Shown: piece after piece, positions 1-10,093 of the stretch
Layout of the letters: every line of letters starts with the position of its first letter
Numbering within the stretch: the first letter of the stretch is position 1
NCBI GenBank assembly: GCA_025057955.1
Contig: JANXER010000005.1
Coordinates: 1-63,222 of the forward strand
Source: Candidatus Methanomethylicaceae archaeon
Lineage (GTDB): Archaea > Thermoproteota > Methanomethylicia > Methanomethylicales > Methanomethylicaceae
Length of the DNA: 63,222 bases
Direction of reading: 5' to 3'
Translations under genes and position numbers: made by a program
The notes under the pieces: generated by a model
Database searches by the model: none
What the model was told of the DNA's origin: nothing
What the model saw: only the letters and a program-made list of their open reading frames with translations

Positions 1-1
1 T

Positions 2-1582
2 GGTACTCTCAACAGCTCTAAATTAGTAACATTAAGTGAGACTGGTGCCAATACTGGAATATTCACAGATCACTACACATTATCTATGAGTCCAGATCAA
101 GCATTCATAAATGGCTGGATTAGAGCATCATATGTCGATCCAGCAAGTGGTAAGAATGTAACTGTCACCGCACCATTAGTAGCAACAGATGCCTCAATTT
201 CTGTAGATAAGACAGTAGTTAGAGCTGGAGATAAATTAACAATTACTGTAACAGACGCTGACAGGAACCTTGATTCAAAATCGAAAGATCCTGGAGTATC
301 AATTAGTTATGAATATATAGATGACACTGGTACTAAACAGACAGGAACTTGGACTTTGACTGAGACCGATGTAAATACTGGCAGGTTCACAATATCAAGG
401 ACAATAGGTTCAGATATTAGAGTTAAACCAGGATCTACCATGACCTTCAAATATTCTGAGCTCTCACCATCTTATGTCACTGCAACAGCAGGATATCCAA
501 CAACACCAATTGAGTATACGGCTACAGCTAAAGTAGCAAGTTTCACAGGAAGGCTAACTATAGATAAAACAGAATATGGTCCTGGATCAAAGATGACTGT
601 AACACTAGTTGATCCAGACCTTAACACTGATATTACAACAGTCCAGAGTGGTGTTCTTACATTAAGGGTCTCAGAACTTTCTGACAAACCAATTCCAATC
701 ACTGAAGAAAATGCTAGTAGCTCAGTATTCAATGGCGAATGGACATGGAATGGTGCTGCTTGGGGTCTCACTGTTGATAAATTAATCGGGAGGACTTTCC
801 AAATATTCTATAAAGATGATGCTGATGCTACTGGAAAAGTTGCCTTCATATCAGTGATGGGAAGCATTAAGAGCTGGGATGGAGAGGTATCATTTGATAA
901 AGCTTATTACAACCTAGGTGATATAGCAGTAATAACTATTAAAGATCCAGATGCTAATCTTGATCCAACAAAAATTGAAACAATTACTACTGTAACTGTA
1001 ACATCACCAAGAGATCCAATAGGTCAAACAATTACTTGTACTGAAACTGGTGCTAATACAGGAATATTCGTTGGTAGAATACAAATAGTGGATGCATATG
1101 AAACTGGAAAGATCTTTGCTAGAGTTGGAGATACCGTTACTGCAAAGTACACTGATGAATATCCAGCAGATTATGCCACTACAGGAAAGAAGAAGACATT
1201 TACTGGAACAGCAATTGTTGGTGTGCCAATTGAGAGACCTGTGCCTGCAAGCGATGCTAAATTTGTTGATCCAACAACTGGAGCAGAGAAAGTTACAGCA
1301 AAGGTTGGAGAAACTACAATGTTACAAGCAACTGTTAGAAACGTGGATGTTGTAGATAGACCATTTACAGCAATATTCAAAGTTAAAGATGCTGCTGGTG
1401 TAACAATATTCATAAGCTGGATTACAGGAACAATTGCACCCGGTCAATCACTATCACCTGCAGTTTCATGGACTTCAACAGCGCCTGGAACTTATACCAT
1501 TGAAGTATTAGTAATTAGGTCTATTGCTGAGCCAACGCCATATTCAGATCCAGTCACAAGGACTTTAACAGTAACAAGGTGA
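2..1582 (+). CDS. S-layer-like large surface protein (SlaA-like), 5' partial
   Basis: Frame is open from position 2 (GTLNSSKLVTLSETGANTGIF...). Repeated Ig-like modules with DxDxNxD and ETGANTGxF motifs, Thr/Val-rich, as in TACK-type S-layer proteins. Confidence 0.75.
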   Translation, partial: GTLNSSKLVTLSETGANTGIFTDHYTLSMSPDQAFINGWIRASYVDPASGKNVTVTAPLVATDASISVDKTVVRAGDKLTITVTDADRNLDSKSKDPGVSISYEYIDDTGTKQTGTWTLTETDVNTGRFTISRTIGSDIRVKPGSTMTFKYSELSPSYVTATAGYPTTPIEYTATAKVASFTGRLTIDKTEYGPGSKMTVTLVDPDLNTDITTVQSGVLTLRVSELSDKPIPITEENASSSVFNGEWTWNGAAWGLTVDKLIGRTFQIFYKDDADATGKVAFISVMGSIKSWDGEVSFDKAYYNLGDIAVITIKDPDANLDPTKIETITTVTVTSPRDPIGQTITCTETGANTGIFVGRIQIVDAYETGKIFARVGDTVTAKYTDEYPADYATTGKKKTFTGTAIVGVPIERPVPASDAKFVDPTTGAEKVTAKVGETTMLQATVRNVDVVDRPFTAIFKVKDAAGVTIFISWITGTIAPGQSLSPAVSWTSTAPGTYTIEVLVIRSIAEPTPYSDPVTRTLTVTR

Positions 1583-2514
1583 TGGCAATGAAAGCAAAAA
1601 TCTTTCTTCCTTTTTTCTTATTAATGCTATTAGTGGTTCCAGTTATAGCTCAAACACTAACTGTTACAACTAATGTTGATGTTTATGCTCCAGGAGAAAC
1701 CATAATTGTAACTGGAAGCGCCCTTCCAAATACAGATGTGACAATTCAATTGTTCAATCCAAACAATGAACTAGTGGATATTACATATGTGAGATCAGGA
1801 GCAGACGGTAAATATGCTACTTCCTTTAGACTACCATCAGTAATGCCCATGGATAAATGGATTTTGGGAACTTATACCGTAAAAGCATTTATGGCAGGAC
1901 AATCAGCCACTAAAACTATAACAGTTCAATTGAGGATTGCTGTTATTGGAAAAGTTGTTGATTCTACTGGAGCTGGAGTTCCAGATGCTACAGTTACAAT
2001 AGGCACAGTCTCTGCTACAACAGGAGCAGATGGAAGCTTCACAGTGGCGCTTACAGCAGAGGGAAGATATGTGATGAAAGTGACTAAGACTGGATATTAT
2101 ACATATACTGCTAATGTTACTGCAGCCATAGGTACAACCAATGTTGGAACCATAACACTTACAAGCCTTGAGGATGTTATTGCAAGCCTTCAGAAGCAAG
2201 TGAGCGATTTAACTAAGCAAGTGAGCGATTTGAATTCATTAGTAATTAGATTGAATTCATCATTAGCTGCAGCCACAAGTGAAATAGCAACCCTTAAGGA
2301 TCAAGTTAGAACACTTCAAGGAATAGCAACAACAGTTTCAGATCTTCAAAGGGCTGCCTCAAGCCTTGATGCAAGTGTTAAGACTTTACAAACCACAGTT
2401 ACATCCCTTCAAGCTGCCATAGCACAATTGCCAGCCTTCTATGCATTAGCATTCATTGGCATAGTAATAGCTATTATAGCAATAATACTTGTATACAGGA
2501 AAATAGCTAAATAA
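1579..2514 (+). CDS. Membrane-anchored S-layer stalk protein (SlaB-like)
   Basis: Signal peptide, Ig-like and carboxypeptidase-regulatory-like domains, long heptad coiled coil, C-terminal TM helix plus basic tail; overlaps the upstream stop. Confidence 0.7.
   Translation: MMAMKAKIFLPFFLLMLLVVPVIAQTLTVTTNVDVYAPGETIIVTGSALPNTDVTIQLFNPNNELVDITYVRSGADGKYATSFRLPSVMPMDKWILGTYTVKAFMAGQSATKTITVQLRIAVIGKVVDSTGAGVPDATVTIGTVSATTGADGSFTVALTAEGRYVMKVTKTGYYTYTANVTAAIGTTNVGTITLTSLEDVIASLQKQVSDLTKQVSDLNSLVIRLNSSLAAATSEIATLKDQVRTLQGIATTVSDLQRAASSLDASVKTLQTTVTSLQAAIAQLPAFYALAFIGIVIAIIAIILVYRKIAK
2194..2231 (+). repeat. 17-bp direct repeat with 21-bp period encoding a duplicated coiled-coil heptad (KQVSDL)
   Basis: aagcaagtgagcgattt at 2194-2210 and 2215-2231. 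Confidence 0.85.
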
Positions 2515-2532
2515 TATTTTTTCTTTTTTTAG

Positions 2533-3213
2533 TTAATTTCTCTTGCTTAACTTCTTAAATCCCTCTTTATTTCCAACGTATACTACATCCACCATATCCA
2601 TAAATAATCCAACTTCCACTACGCCTGGAATAATTTTCAACTTTACTTCTAAATCTCTTTCAATCTTTTCAAACCTTGCATCTATTATGAAATTTCCATT
2701 ATCCGTTATTATTGGGCCATCCTTTCTATCTCCTCCATCTCTAAGCACAGCCTTTCCTCCAAGCCTCTCTACAGCTTTAGCAACCTTTTTCCAAGCCATA
2801 GGTATGACTTCAATTGGAACAGCACATCTCTCTCCTAATCTTTTCACAAGCTTAGAGCTATCAACTATTACCACAAACTTTTTAGCTGAGGAATCCACTA
2901 TTTTCTCTCTAGTTAAAGCCGCCCCCCCGCCTTTTATTAAATTCAATTCAGAATCCACTTCATCAGCTCCATCCACAGCTAAATCAATTTCTGGATATTC
3001 CTCTAAGCTTGTTAGCTCAATTCCATTTTCCATAGCAATATAAGCTGATTGATAGGATGTAGGTATGGCTTTTATTTTAATTCCTTCGTTTCTTATTTTC
3101 TCTCCCAATAGCCTTATGAAAATTGCCACAGTGGATCCTGTTCCTATTCCAACTATAAATCCATCCTTAATTTCATCTAGAGCAGCTTTTGCAGCATTAA
3201 TTTTCTCAATCAT
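2533..3213 (-). CDS. rpiA: Ribose-5-phosphate isomerase A
   Basis: GIGTGST, DGADEVD, KGGGAALTREK motifs. Confidence 0.97.
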   Translation of the reverse strand: MIEKINAAKAALDEIKDGFIVGIGTGSTVAIFIRLLGEKIRNEGIKIKAIPTSYQSAYIAMENGIELTSLEEYPEIDLAVDGADEVDSELNLIKGGGAALTREKIVDSSAKKFVVIVDSSKLVKRLGERCAVPIEVIPMAWKKVAKAVERLGGKAVLRDGGDRKDGPIITDNGNFIIDARFEKIERDLEVKLKIIPGVVEVGLFMDMVDVVYVGNKEGFKKLSKRN

Positions 3214-3255
3214 GGAAACACCACATATATATTCTTGAAAATAATTTTGAGCTTT

Positions 3256-4083
3256 ATGAAGAAATATACTTTATTATTTGCAATTTTCTTTTGGGGTGCA
3301 TCTTTTATATTTGTTAAAATTGGGCTTGAGGAAGTTCCTCCCATAAATCTTGCTCTTTTTAGATCGGCCACAGCTCTTCCAATTCTCTTTATTATTTCTG
3401 GATTTAGAAGAATTAAGAAAGAGTTTCTTCTGCTTGGTCTCATGGGAATAACTGGTTATCATTTATTTCAAAATTTGGGAATGATGAGCACTGGAGCAGC
3501 TGAGGCTAGTATAATAATTGCATCCAATCCAATTTTCATAGCAATTTTCAGTAGATTAATATTGAAGGAGAGGATTACTATAATTGAAGCATTGGGAATT
3601 GCCTTGGCATTTTTAGGAGTATTTATAATAATATTAAGAGAGGGCATGGGAAAAGGATCTTTTATTGGAAATTTACTTTGTTTAGGCTCGGTTTTCAGTT
3701 GGGTTGGTTACTCCATATATGGAAAAATTAAGCTTAGAAATTCAAATGCAAATGAAATAACTGCTTATTCCACTCTTTTTGGAACTATTTTTCTATTGCC
3801 AATAGCAATTGTGCTTGAGGGCATAGTAATTCCAAAATCCACAATGGCATGGATTTCAATAATTGCACTGGGAATTTTTTGCTCTGGATTAGCTTATCTA
3901 TTCTGGTATAAAGCGCTTGAAGATATGGATGTTTCAAAAGCAGGATTTTATTTATTTCTCATACCTGTGATATCCTCAATATTGGCTTTCTTCATATTAG
4001 GAGAGAGATTGGATTTTAAGTTTATAATAGGGGCCTTTCTTGTGATAATTGGTTTAATTCTTTCATCGAGGAGGAATTTTTGA
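3256..4083 (+). CDS. DMT/EamA-family transporter
   Basis: Two EamA repeats (FWGASF...ILKERI; ...ILGERL), about 10 TM. Confidence 0.9.
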   Translation: MKKYTLLFAIFFWGASFIFVKIGLEEVPPINLALFRSATALPILFIISGFRRIKKEFLLLGLMGITGYHLFQNLGMMSTGAAEASIIIASNPIFIAIFSRLILKERITIIEALGIALAFLGVFIIILREGMGKGSFIGNLLCLGSVFSWVGYSIYGKIKLRNSNANEITAYSTLFGTIFLLPIAIVLEGIVIPKSTMAWISIIALGIFCSGLAYLFWYKALEDMDVSKAGFYLFLIPVISSILAFFILGERLDFKFIIGAFLVIIGLILSSRRNF

Positions 4084-4203
4084 ATAAGTCTTAATAATGC
4101 CTTGATTATATATAATTATTTATAAATTATTTATAATATGATTATAATTATATTGTTATTATTAATTAATAATTAAAAATTAAGAATTATTAAAAAGCTT
4201 ATT

Positions 4204-4280
4204 TGGAGCCCCAGAGGGGCTTTGAACCCCTGACCAACGGTTTACGAGACCGTCGCTCTACCGGGCTGAGCTACTGGGGC
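4204..4280 (-). tRNA. tRNA-Thr(CGT), CCA encoded
   Basis: Reverse complement GCCCCAGTAGCTCAG...ACGGT-CT-CGT-AA-ACCGT...GGTTCAAAG...GGGGCTCCA folds as a cloverleaf. Confidence 0.96.
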
Positions 4281-4359
4281 CTTCAAAATTCTTTGAAATA
4301 ATTTTAAATAAATTCTTTTCCAAAATATGCTTTTATTTTCCAAAGGAAAATCATAATAT

Positions 4360-5346
4360 ATGCGAGTATCAGATCTCGGTGAGAGAAAAATCATAGATCT
4401 CATATGGTCTATAATGGAAAGGGATGGACATCTATTAAATCAAATAATGCCCCCTCCCGATGATGCATCTGCTATAGCCATGGATGATAAATATTTTATT
4501 CTTAAAACAGATATGTTTGTAAAAATGACTGATGCTCCTAAGGGTATGAAGCCGGAGCACATGGGCTCAAAGGTTGTTACAATGAATGTAAGCGATCTTG
4601 CAGCAAAAGGAGCTAGACCAATAGCATTAATGCTCTCTCTGGGCTTACCCAAGAGATATTCCATTAAAGATCTTGAAAGGCTTATAGCTGGAATAAGTAG
4701 AAAAGCTAAAGATTATGGCATTAAAGTATTGGGAGGGGATGTTGGAGAGGCTAAGGATTTAATAATATGTGGATTTTTGCTTGGAATTACCAAAAGGCTT
4801 ATTAAAAGATCAGGGGCTTCTCCAGGAGATGTTATAGCTACTACTGGAAGCTTTGGAGATACTGCTGCTGCATATAAGATATTATTGGAAGGATATAAAG
4901 CTCCAAGAAAATTGAGAAAAGCCCTCTGTGAAAAAGTTTACAATCCAATAGCAAGATTAGACTTGGGAATTGCATTAGCAGAATCTGGAGTTGTAACCTC
5001 AAGCATGGATTCAAGCGATGGATTGGCATTTACATTAAATGAGCTTTCAAAATCAAATAATCTATGCTTTAAAATATTTGATATTCCTATATCAAATGAA
5101 GCCATGGAGTTTGCTCATCTCCACTCCTTAAATCCAATGGATCTTGCGCTTTATGGAGGAGAGGAGTATGAGCTTATTCTCACAATAAAAAGGGATGAAT
5201 GGAATAGAGCTATGGAGATTGCTAAAGGAATTGGATGTAATTTAATAAAAATTGGTGAAGTTGAAGCTGGAAGAGGTGTTGTATTAATAAAAGGTAATAG
5301 AGAAATCGTAATTCCATCTAAGGGATGGGAGCATTTGAAGCCATGA
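4360..5346 (+). CDS. thiL: Thiamine-monophosphate kinase
   Basis: LGERKII, DDA, NVSDLAAKGARP, GGD, MDSSDGL, GGEEYEL motifs. Confidence 0.95.
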   Translation: MRVSDLGERKIIDLIWSIMERDGHLLNQIMPPPDDASAIAMDDKYFILKTDMFVKMTDAPKGMKPEHMGSKVVTMNVSDLAAKGARPIALMLSLGLPKRYSIKDLERLIAGISRKAKDYGIKVLGGDVGEAKDLIICGFLLGITKRLIKRSGASPGDVIATTGSFGDTAAAYKILLEGYKAPRKLRKALCEKVYNPIARLDLGIALAESGVVTSSMDSSDGLAFTLNELSKSNNLCFKIFDIPISNEAMEFAHLHSLNPMDLALYGGEEYELILTIKRDEWNRAMEIAKGIGCNLIKIGEVEAGRGVVLIKGNREIVIPSKGWEHLKP

Positions 5347-7040
5347 GAGCTTTAATAATAGATGGATATACTGATGAACCTGCGGGATTAGGAGTTCCTC
5401 CATATATAGATGTTTATCCTAGATATATTGCAGGAGCCATTTGGAGCTTTAATCCTCATGCAGAAATAATTTATATGACAATAGATGCTGTTAGAAGAGA
5501 TTTAAATAAATTGAAGCAAATATCCTCTAAATGTGAAATTTCAATATTAATTGCTGGTGTTACAGTTCCAGGAAAGTATCTAGGCGGAAATCCCGCTGGT
5601 TTAAAGGATGTTATGAAGCTTCCAATATATTTGAAATCCAAGCATACCATATTTTGTGGTCCTGCTGCTAGGTTTGGTTTTGCAAAGGGAGGAGGTAGCA
5701 TAGCACATATTCCAAAGGAGTTGAATTCAATATATGATTTTGTAATAGAAGGAGATTCAGAAGTTGTAATATATGAGCTATTGAAGAATAATTTTTATGG
5801 CGTGGATTTAAACCTCATTAGAGATTCCTCTGATTCCATAAATGAATATGCCATAAGAGGAGCTAAAATAATACAACAGCATCCCTATTATCCTGATGGA
5901 TTAATTTGTGAAATAGAGACCTTTAGAGGTTGTCCAAGATCTATTACAGGAGGATGTTCATTTTGCATAGAGCCATTATATGGAATTCCAGATTTTAGAA
6001 GCATAGATGGCATTGTTAAAGAGATTGAAGCCTTAAGCTTTTTTGGAGCTAAAAACTTCAGATTGGGAAGACAGCCAGATATTCTAATATATGGAAGCGA
6101 GGATTATTGTCCCTCTCCATCAATAATGGAAAAATTATTCTCCTCCATAAGGGCTGTTGCCTCAAACCTTAAAGTTCTACATATAGATAATGTAAATCCC
6201 TCCACTATATATGCTCATCCTGAGGAATCAGAAAAAGTTCTTAAAATTATAGTGAAATATCATACCCCAGGGGATGTAGCAGCCCTTGGAATAGAATCAG
6301 TGGATGAAGAAGTAATAAAGAGAAATAATCTTAAAATCGATCCAGAGGGGGCAATGTTCGCCATAGAGCTTATAAATAAAATAGGCTCTGAAAGAGGGGA
6401 AAATGGCCTACCGCATTTATTGCCAGGGGTGAACTTTGTATATGGGCTTGCTGGTGAAACAGAGAAAACATTTGAGAGAAACTTTGAATTTATGAGGGAA
6501 GTATTGAATAGAGGATTAATGGTTAGAAGAATAAACCTCAGACAAGTGATGATTCTTCCATATACTAGAATGCGGTCCATTGGAAGCTATTTAGTTAAAA
6601 AGCATAGGAGATTATTTCTAGAGCATAAAAATAAAATGAGAAGAGAAATCGATCTTCCAATGATGAAAAGAATTTTGCCTGAATATACTGTAATGAAAGA
6701 TGTGAGAACTGAGGCCATAGAGGGAAATATAACTTGGGCTAGACAAATAGGCTCTTATCCAATATTGGTTGGAATACCCAGAAGAATTACCTTGGGAATT
6801 TTTTTAGATGTTTTGGTTTTAACTCATGGTCCTAGATCAGTAAGCGCCATTCCCATACCCATAAATATTAATTTATTAACAATGAGGGAATTAAAAGCCA
6901 TTCCTGGCATAGGAAGTAAAAGAGCAGCCTCAATAATTAAAAATAGACCATTTCATGGAATTGAGGATATTAAAGCTTGTCTTGATGATCCCTCAATAGT
7001 GGAAAAATTAATTCCCTTCTTGGAATTTAATAAAATATAA
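5343..7040 (+). CDS. Archaeal radical SAM protein with C-terminal helix-hairpin-helix (COG1031-like)
   Basis: IIDGYTDEPAGLGVPPY N-terminus, CX7CX2C motif (GCPRSITGGCSFC), C-terminal IPGIGSKRA HhH. Confidence 0.85.
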   Translation: MRALIIDGYTDEPAGLGVPPYIDVYPRYIAGAIWSFNPHAEIIYMTIDAVRRDLNKLKQISSKCEISILIAGVTVPGKYLGGNPAGLKDVMKLPIYLKSKHTIFCGPAARFGFAKGGGSIAHIPKELNSIYDFVIEGDSEVVIYELLKNNFYGVDLNLIRDSSDSINEYAIRGAKIIQQHPYYPDGLICEIETFRGCPRSITGGCSFCIEPLYGIPDFRSIDGIVKEIEALSFFGAKNFRLGRQPDILIYGSEDYCPSPSIMEKLFSSIRAVASNLKVLHIDNVNPSTIYAHPEESEKVLKIIVKYHTPGDVAALGIESVDEEVIKRNNLKIDPEGAMFAIELINKIGSERGENGLPHLLPGVNFVYGLAGETEKTFERNFEFMREVLNRGLMVRRINLRQVMILPYTRMRSIGSYLVKKHRRLFLEHKNKMRREIDLPMMKRILPEYTVMKDVRTEAIEGNITWARQIGSYPILVGIPRRITLGIFLDVLVLTHGPRSVSAIPIPININLLTMRELKAIPGIGSKRAASIIKNRPFHGIEDIKACLDDPSIVEKLIPFLEFNKI

Positions 7041-7066
7041 ATAATAATAGAAGCTCCATATTCCTA

Positions 7067-7798
7067 ATGGATCTCAATCACATTATATTTGGATTAATAC
7101 AAGGTGCTACAGAATGGCTACCAATATCAAGCTCGGGCCATCTTTTAATATTTAAACATTTTATGAAATTGGATTTCACCATAGAATTTTTCATAGCAGT
7201 TCATTTGGGAACACTCTTCTCAGTTATTATATATTTTAGGAGGGAGATTTTAGAAATATTAAAATCAATTAAGGATTCAAAAAGCGAAGGATTTAAGCTA
7301 TTGATATACATATTGATTGGAAATTTAGTTACAGCTGTTATAGCCTTAACATTTGAGGAATATTTTGAGAGGTTGTTTTCAGAGATAAGCACCTTGCCTT
7401 ATGCATTTATCGCCTCTGGTATATTGATTTTATTATCTTGGAGAAGAAAAGGAAATTATGGAATTGATTTGAAAAGAGCCATAGTTATAGGGGCTTTTCA
7501 AGGAATTTCCATAATACCTGGAATCTCAAGAAGTGGAGCAACTATATCCTCAGCCCTTATTCTTGGAGTTAAAGCTGAAGAAGCCTTTAAGTTTTCCTTT
7601 CTTCTTTCCATTCCTGCTATAATTGGAGCTAATATTTTTAAAATATGGAATATGAGTTCATTGATAATCATTCCTATGATATCGGCTTTTTTAAGCGGTT
7701 ATATAGCTATATACATAGTTAGAAAAACATTGAAAAGATTTCATTTATTTTCAATATATTGTTTTTTAATTGGAATAATTATTTGGATTTTAAAATGA
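7067..7798 (+). CDS. uppP: Undecaprenyl-diphosphate phosphatase (BacA/UppP family)
   Basis: QGATEWLPISSSGH and PGISRSGATI motifs. Confidence 0.93.
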   Translation: MDLNHIIFGLIQGATEWLPISSSGHLLIFKHFMKLDFTIEFFIAVHLGTLFSVIIYFRREILEILKSIKDSKSEGFKLLIYILIGNLVTAVIALTFEEYFERLFSEISTLPYAFIASGILILLSWRRKGNYGIDLKRAIVIGAFQGISIIPGISRSGATISSALILGVKAEEAFKFSFLLSIPAIIGANIFKIWNMSSLIIIPMISAFLSGYIAIYIVRKTLKRFHLFSIYCFLIGIIIWILK

Positions 7799-7802
7799 AG
7801 AA

Positions 7803-7896
7803 TGGCGGGCCTGAAGGGATTTGAACCCTTGACCAGTGGGTTAAGAGCCTCGGCCGCTTAAGCGTCCACCGCTCTACCGTACTGAGCTACAGGCCC
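7803..7896 (-). tRNA. tRNA-Lys(CTT) with a 17-nt intron at position 30/31 (intron 7849-7865)
   Basis: Removing ACGCTTAAGCGGCCGAG restores the anticodon arm GTGGG-CT-CTT-AA-CCCAC; a full BHB motif forms; CCA encoded. Confidence 0.92.
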
Positions 7897-7962
7897 TAAG
7901 ATTTTGATATATGAGCAAAAATTTAAGAATTACTCATGATAGCATGAAATTTTGGAGAAACT

Positions 7963-8751
7963 ATGGGATCATTGAATTTTATAGGATTGGGAACTTATGA
8001 TGAAAAGGGAATGACATTATATGGACTTGAGCTTGCGAGAAATTGTGAAATTATATTTTTAGAGCATTATACAAGCCTTATGCCATATCTCAATTTAGAG
8101 AGCTTGGAGCGAATTATAGGAAAAAAAATCATAATCATTGATAGAAAATACCTTGAGGATGGAAGTGCTATATTAAGAAATGCCATGGAAAAGGATGTGG
8201 CCATTCTCATACCTGGAGATCCATTCATAGCTACAACTCATATAGATTTAAGAATAAGAGCTGAAAAGCAGAATATAAAGGTTAGAGTGGCTCATGCTCC
8301 ATCCATAATATCCATAGTTCCAGGGGAGACGGGACTACAAAATTATAAATTTGGTAAATCAGCTACAATAACTTTTCCTGATAATTATTCTGAAGTTCCT
8401 TATGATACATTGAAGCAGAATCTATCCCTTGGTTTACATACTCTTCTCTTTTTAGATATTAAAGTGGATGAAGGAAAATATATGACTGCTAATGATGGAA
8501 TGGCAATTCTAATGGAAATTGAGAATAGAAGAAAAGAGGGAATTATAAAATCAAATACTTTAGTTATAGGAATTGCAAGAGCAGGAGGTCCAAATCAATT
8601 GATAAAGGGAGATGTAATTGAAAAATTGATATGTTTTGATTTTGGCCCTCCTCCACATTGCTTAGTATTTCCAGGGAGATTACATTTCATGGAAGCAGAG
8701 GCTCTTGTTATGCTGGCTAAAGTTGATAGAGAATTACTTAAGGTGATTTAA
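7963..8751 (+). CDS. dph5: Diphthine synthase
   Basis: FIGLG, EHYTS, GDPFIATTH, GLQNYKFG, GLHTLLFLDI, DFGPPPH motifs. Confidence 0.96.
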   Translation: MGSLNFIGLGTYDEKGMTLYGLELARNCEIIFLEHYTSLMPYLNLESLERIIGKKIIIIDRKYLEDGSAILRNAMEKDVAILIPGDPFIATTHIDLRIRAEKQNIKVRVAHAPSIISIVPGETGLQNYKFGKSATITFPDNYSEVPYDTLKQNLSLGLHTLLFLDIKVDEGKYMTANDGMAILMEIENRRKEGIIKSNTLVIGIARAGGPNQLIKGDVIEKLICFDFGPPPHCLVFPGRLHFMEAEALVMLAKVDRELLKVI

Positions 8752-8752
8752 T

Positions 8753-9010
8753 ATGGAAGAGGCAGCTAAAAGATTAGAACGCTATATAAAAAATACGGAA
8801 GAGTTGTTTACTAAAATTAAAATATTTATGCCAGAGGATGCCTCAATTGCCTCAGCTTTAAAATATAATATATCGCTTTCCAAGCAATATCTCGAGGATG
8901 CTAAATATTATTTCAAAAATGGAGATTATATTACAGGAATAGTTTGTATAGCCTATTGTGAAGGAATATTAGATGCTTGTAGAAATTTTGGTTGGATTAG
9001 GTGGGATTGA
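8753..9010 (+). CDS. DUF357-family protein
   Basis: YLEDAKYYF..GD....CIAYCEGILDA pattern; usual neighbour of dph5. Confidence 0.85.
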   Translation: MEEAAKRLERYIKNTEELFTKIKIFMPEDASIASALKYNISLSKQYLEDAKYYFKNGDYITGIVCIAYCEGILDACRNFGWIRWD

Positions 9011-9432
9011 TGGGAAAAAAAGTATTGGCCTCAGGGTGCTTTGATTTAATTCATTATGGTCACTTGAGGTATTTAGAAGAGGCGAAAAAACTTGGAGGAG
9101 AAGGGGCTGAGCTTATAGTAGTAGTAGCTAGAGATTCCACAATAATCAAAAGAAAAGGCCATCCTCCAATAATGAATGAAAATCATAGAAGAGCACTTGT
9201 TGAAGCTCTTAAGCCAGTGGATAAAGCTATACTTGGTAAGGAGAATTTCGATATCATTTCCATTATAAATGAAGTGAAGCCAGATATAATAGCATTGGGA
9301 TATGATCAAGGGGATTTGGAAGAACTATTGCTCAATCTTGGAATTAAAGTTATTAAATTGGAAAAATATGGAAATATAAGCTCCTCTATTATAAGAGAGA
9401 GAATAAAATCAGAGGATAAAAGCTTCATATAA
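9010..9432 (+). CDS. ribL: Archaeal FAD synthetase (cytidylyltransferase family)
   Basis: GCFDLIHYGH, VVARD, KPDIIALGYDQ, SSS motifs. Confidence 0.88.
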   Translation: MGKKVLASGCFDLIHYGHLRYLEEAKKLGGEGAELIVVVARDSTIIKRKGHPPIMNENHRRALVEALKPVDKAILGKENFDIISIINEVKPDIIALGYDQGDLEELLLNLGIKVIKLEKYGNISSSIIRERIKSEDKSFI

Positions 9433-10093
9433 TCACTTTTAAAAATACAACATCTCCATCCTTAAGTCCAAATTTTTTCCTTAGGTTCTCCTCAGATATT
9501 AATTCAATTACATCATTTCCATAATGCGTTCTATTTATTATTAATAATGCTCCATCAACTTCATCAAATATCCTTGCTTTAAAACATTTTACATTTCCAT
9601 AGCTTCTTCCTTCATCCATAAATCCCTCTATTAATATTCCTGGAAGAAGCTCAAGCTCTCTTCTTATCTTTATATCCTCAGGGGATTTCAATCTGAGATT
9701 TAAGGTTCCAGGATATGGTTTAAAGCCCAATTTTTCCTCAAACTGCCTACTATAACCGCTTCTTGTAACATAATAAGCCCCCTCTCCAAACCCAGTGAAT
9801 ACTACTCCCTTTAAGCAGTAGGCTCTTTCTAAACCTTCAAATCCTATTCTTAAAACTTCATAAACCTCTCTTAAAGCCTCTAATCCCTTTTTTGTAATAG
9901 TAATTCTTTGCCCTCTTATGGTGAGCTCTCTCTCTATATAGCCCTCTTTCAATAATTTTAGGAGTTTTCTTGAAGCAGTTTGTTGAGAAATTTTCATTAA
10001 TTTTCCAAGCTCATTAGTTGCTAAAAATACTGTTCCTCTATAACCTCCCATTTTAAATATTTGATATAGCATGAACCAAAGATTGCTATCCAT
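9425..10093 (-). CDS. ribK: CTP-dependent riboflavin kinase with N-terminal wHTH (RbkR type)
   Basis: SQQTASR HTH; GFGEGAYY, PYPGTLN, IELIS motifs. Confidence 0.93.
   Translation of the reverse strand: MDSNLWFMLYQIFKMGGYRGTVFLATNELGKLMKISQQTASRKLLKLLKEGYIERELTIRGQRITITKKGLEALREVYEVLRIGFEGLERAYCLKGVVFTGFGEGAYYVTRSGYSRQFEEKLGFKPYPGTLNLRLKSPEDIKIRRELELLPGILIEGFMDEGRSYGNVKCFKARIFDEVDGALLIINRTHYGNDVIELISEENLRKKFGLKDGDVVFLKVII

Noticed and set aside
4084..4200. Extremely AT-rich tract (also 49255-49370) considered as a replication origin
   Set aside because: No ORB-like repeats and no cdc6/orc1 gene nearby.
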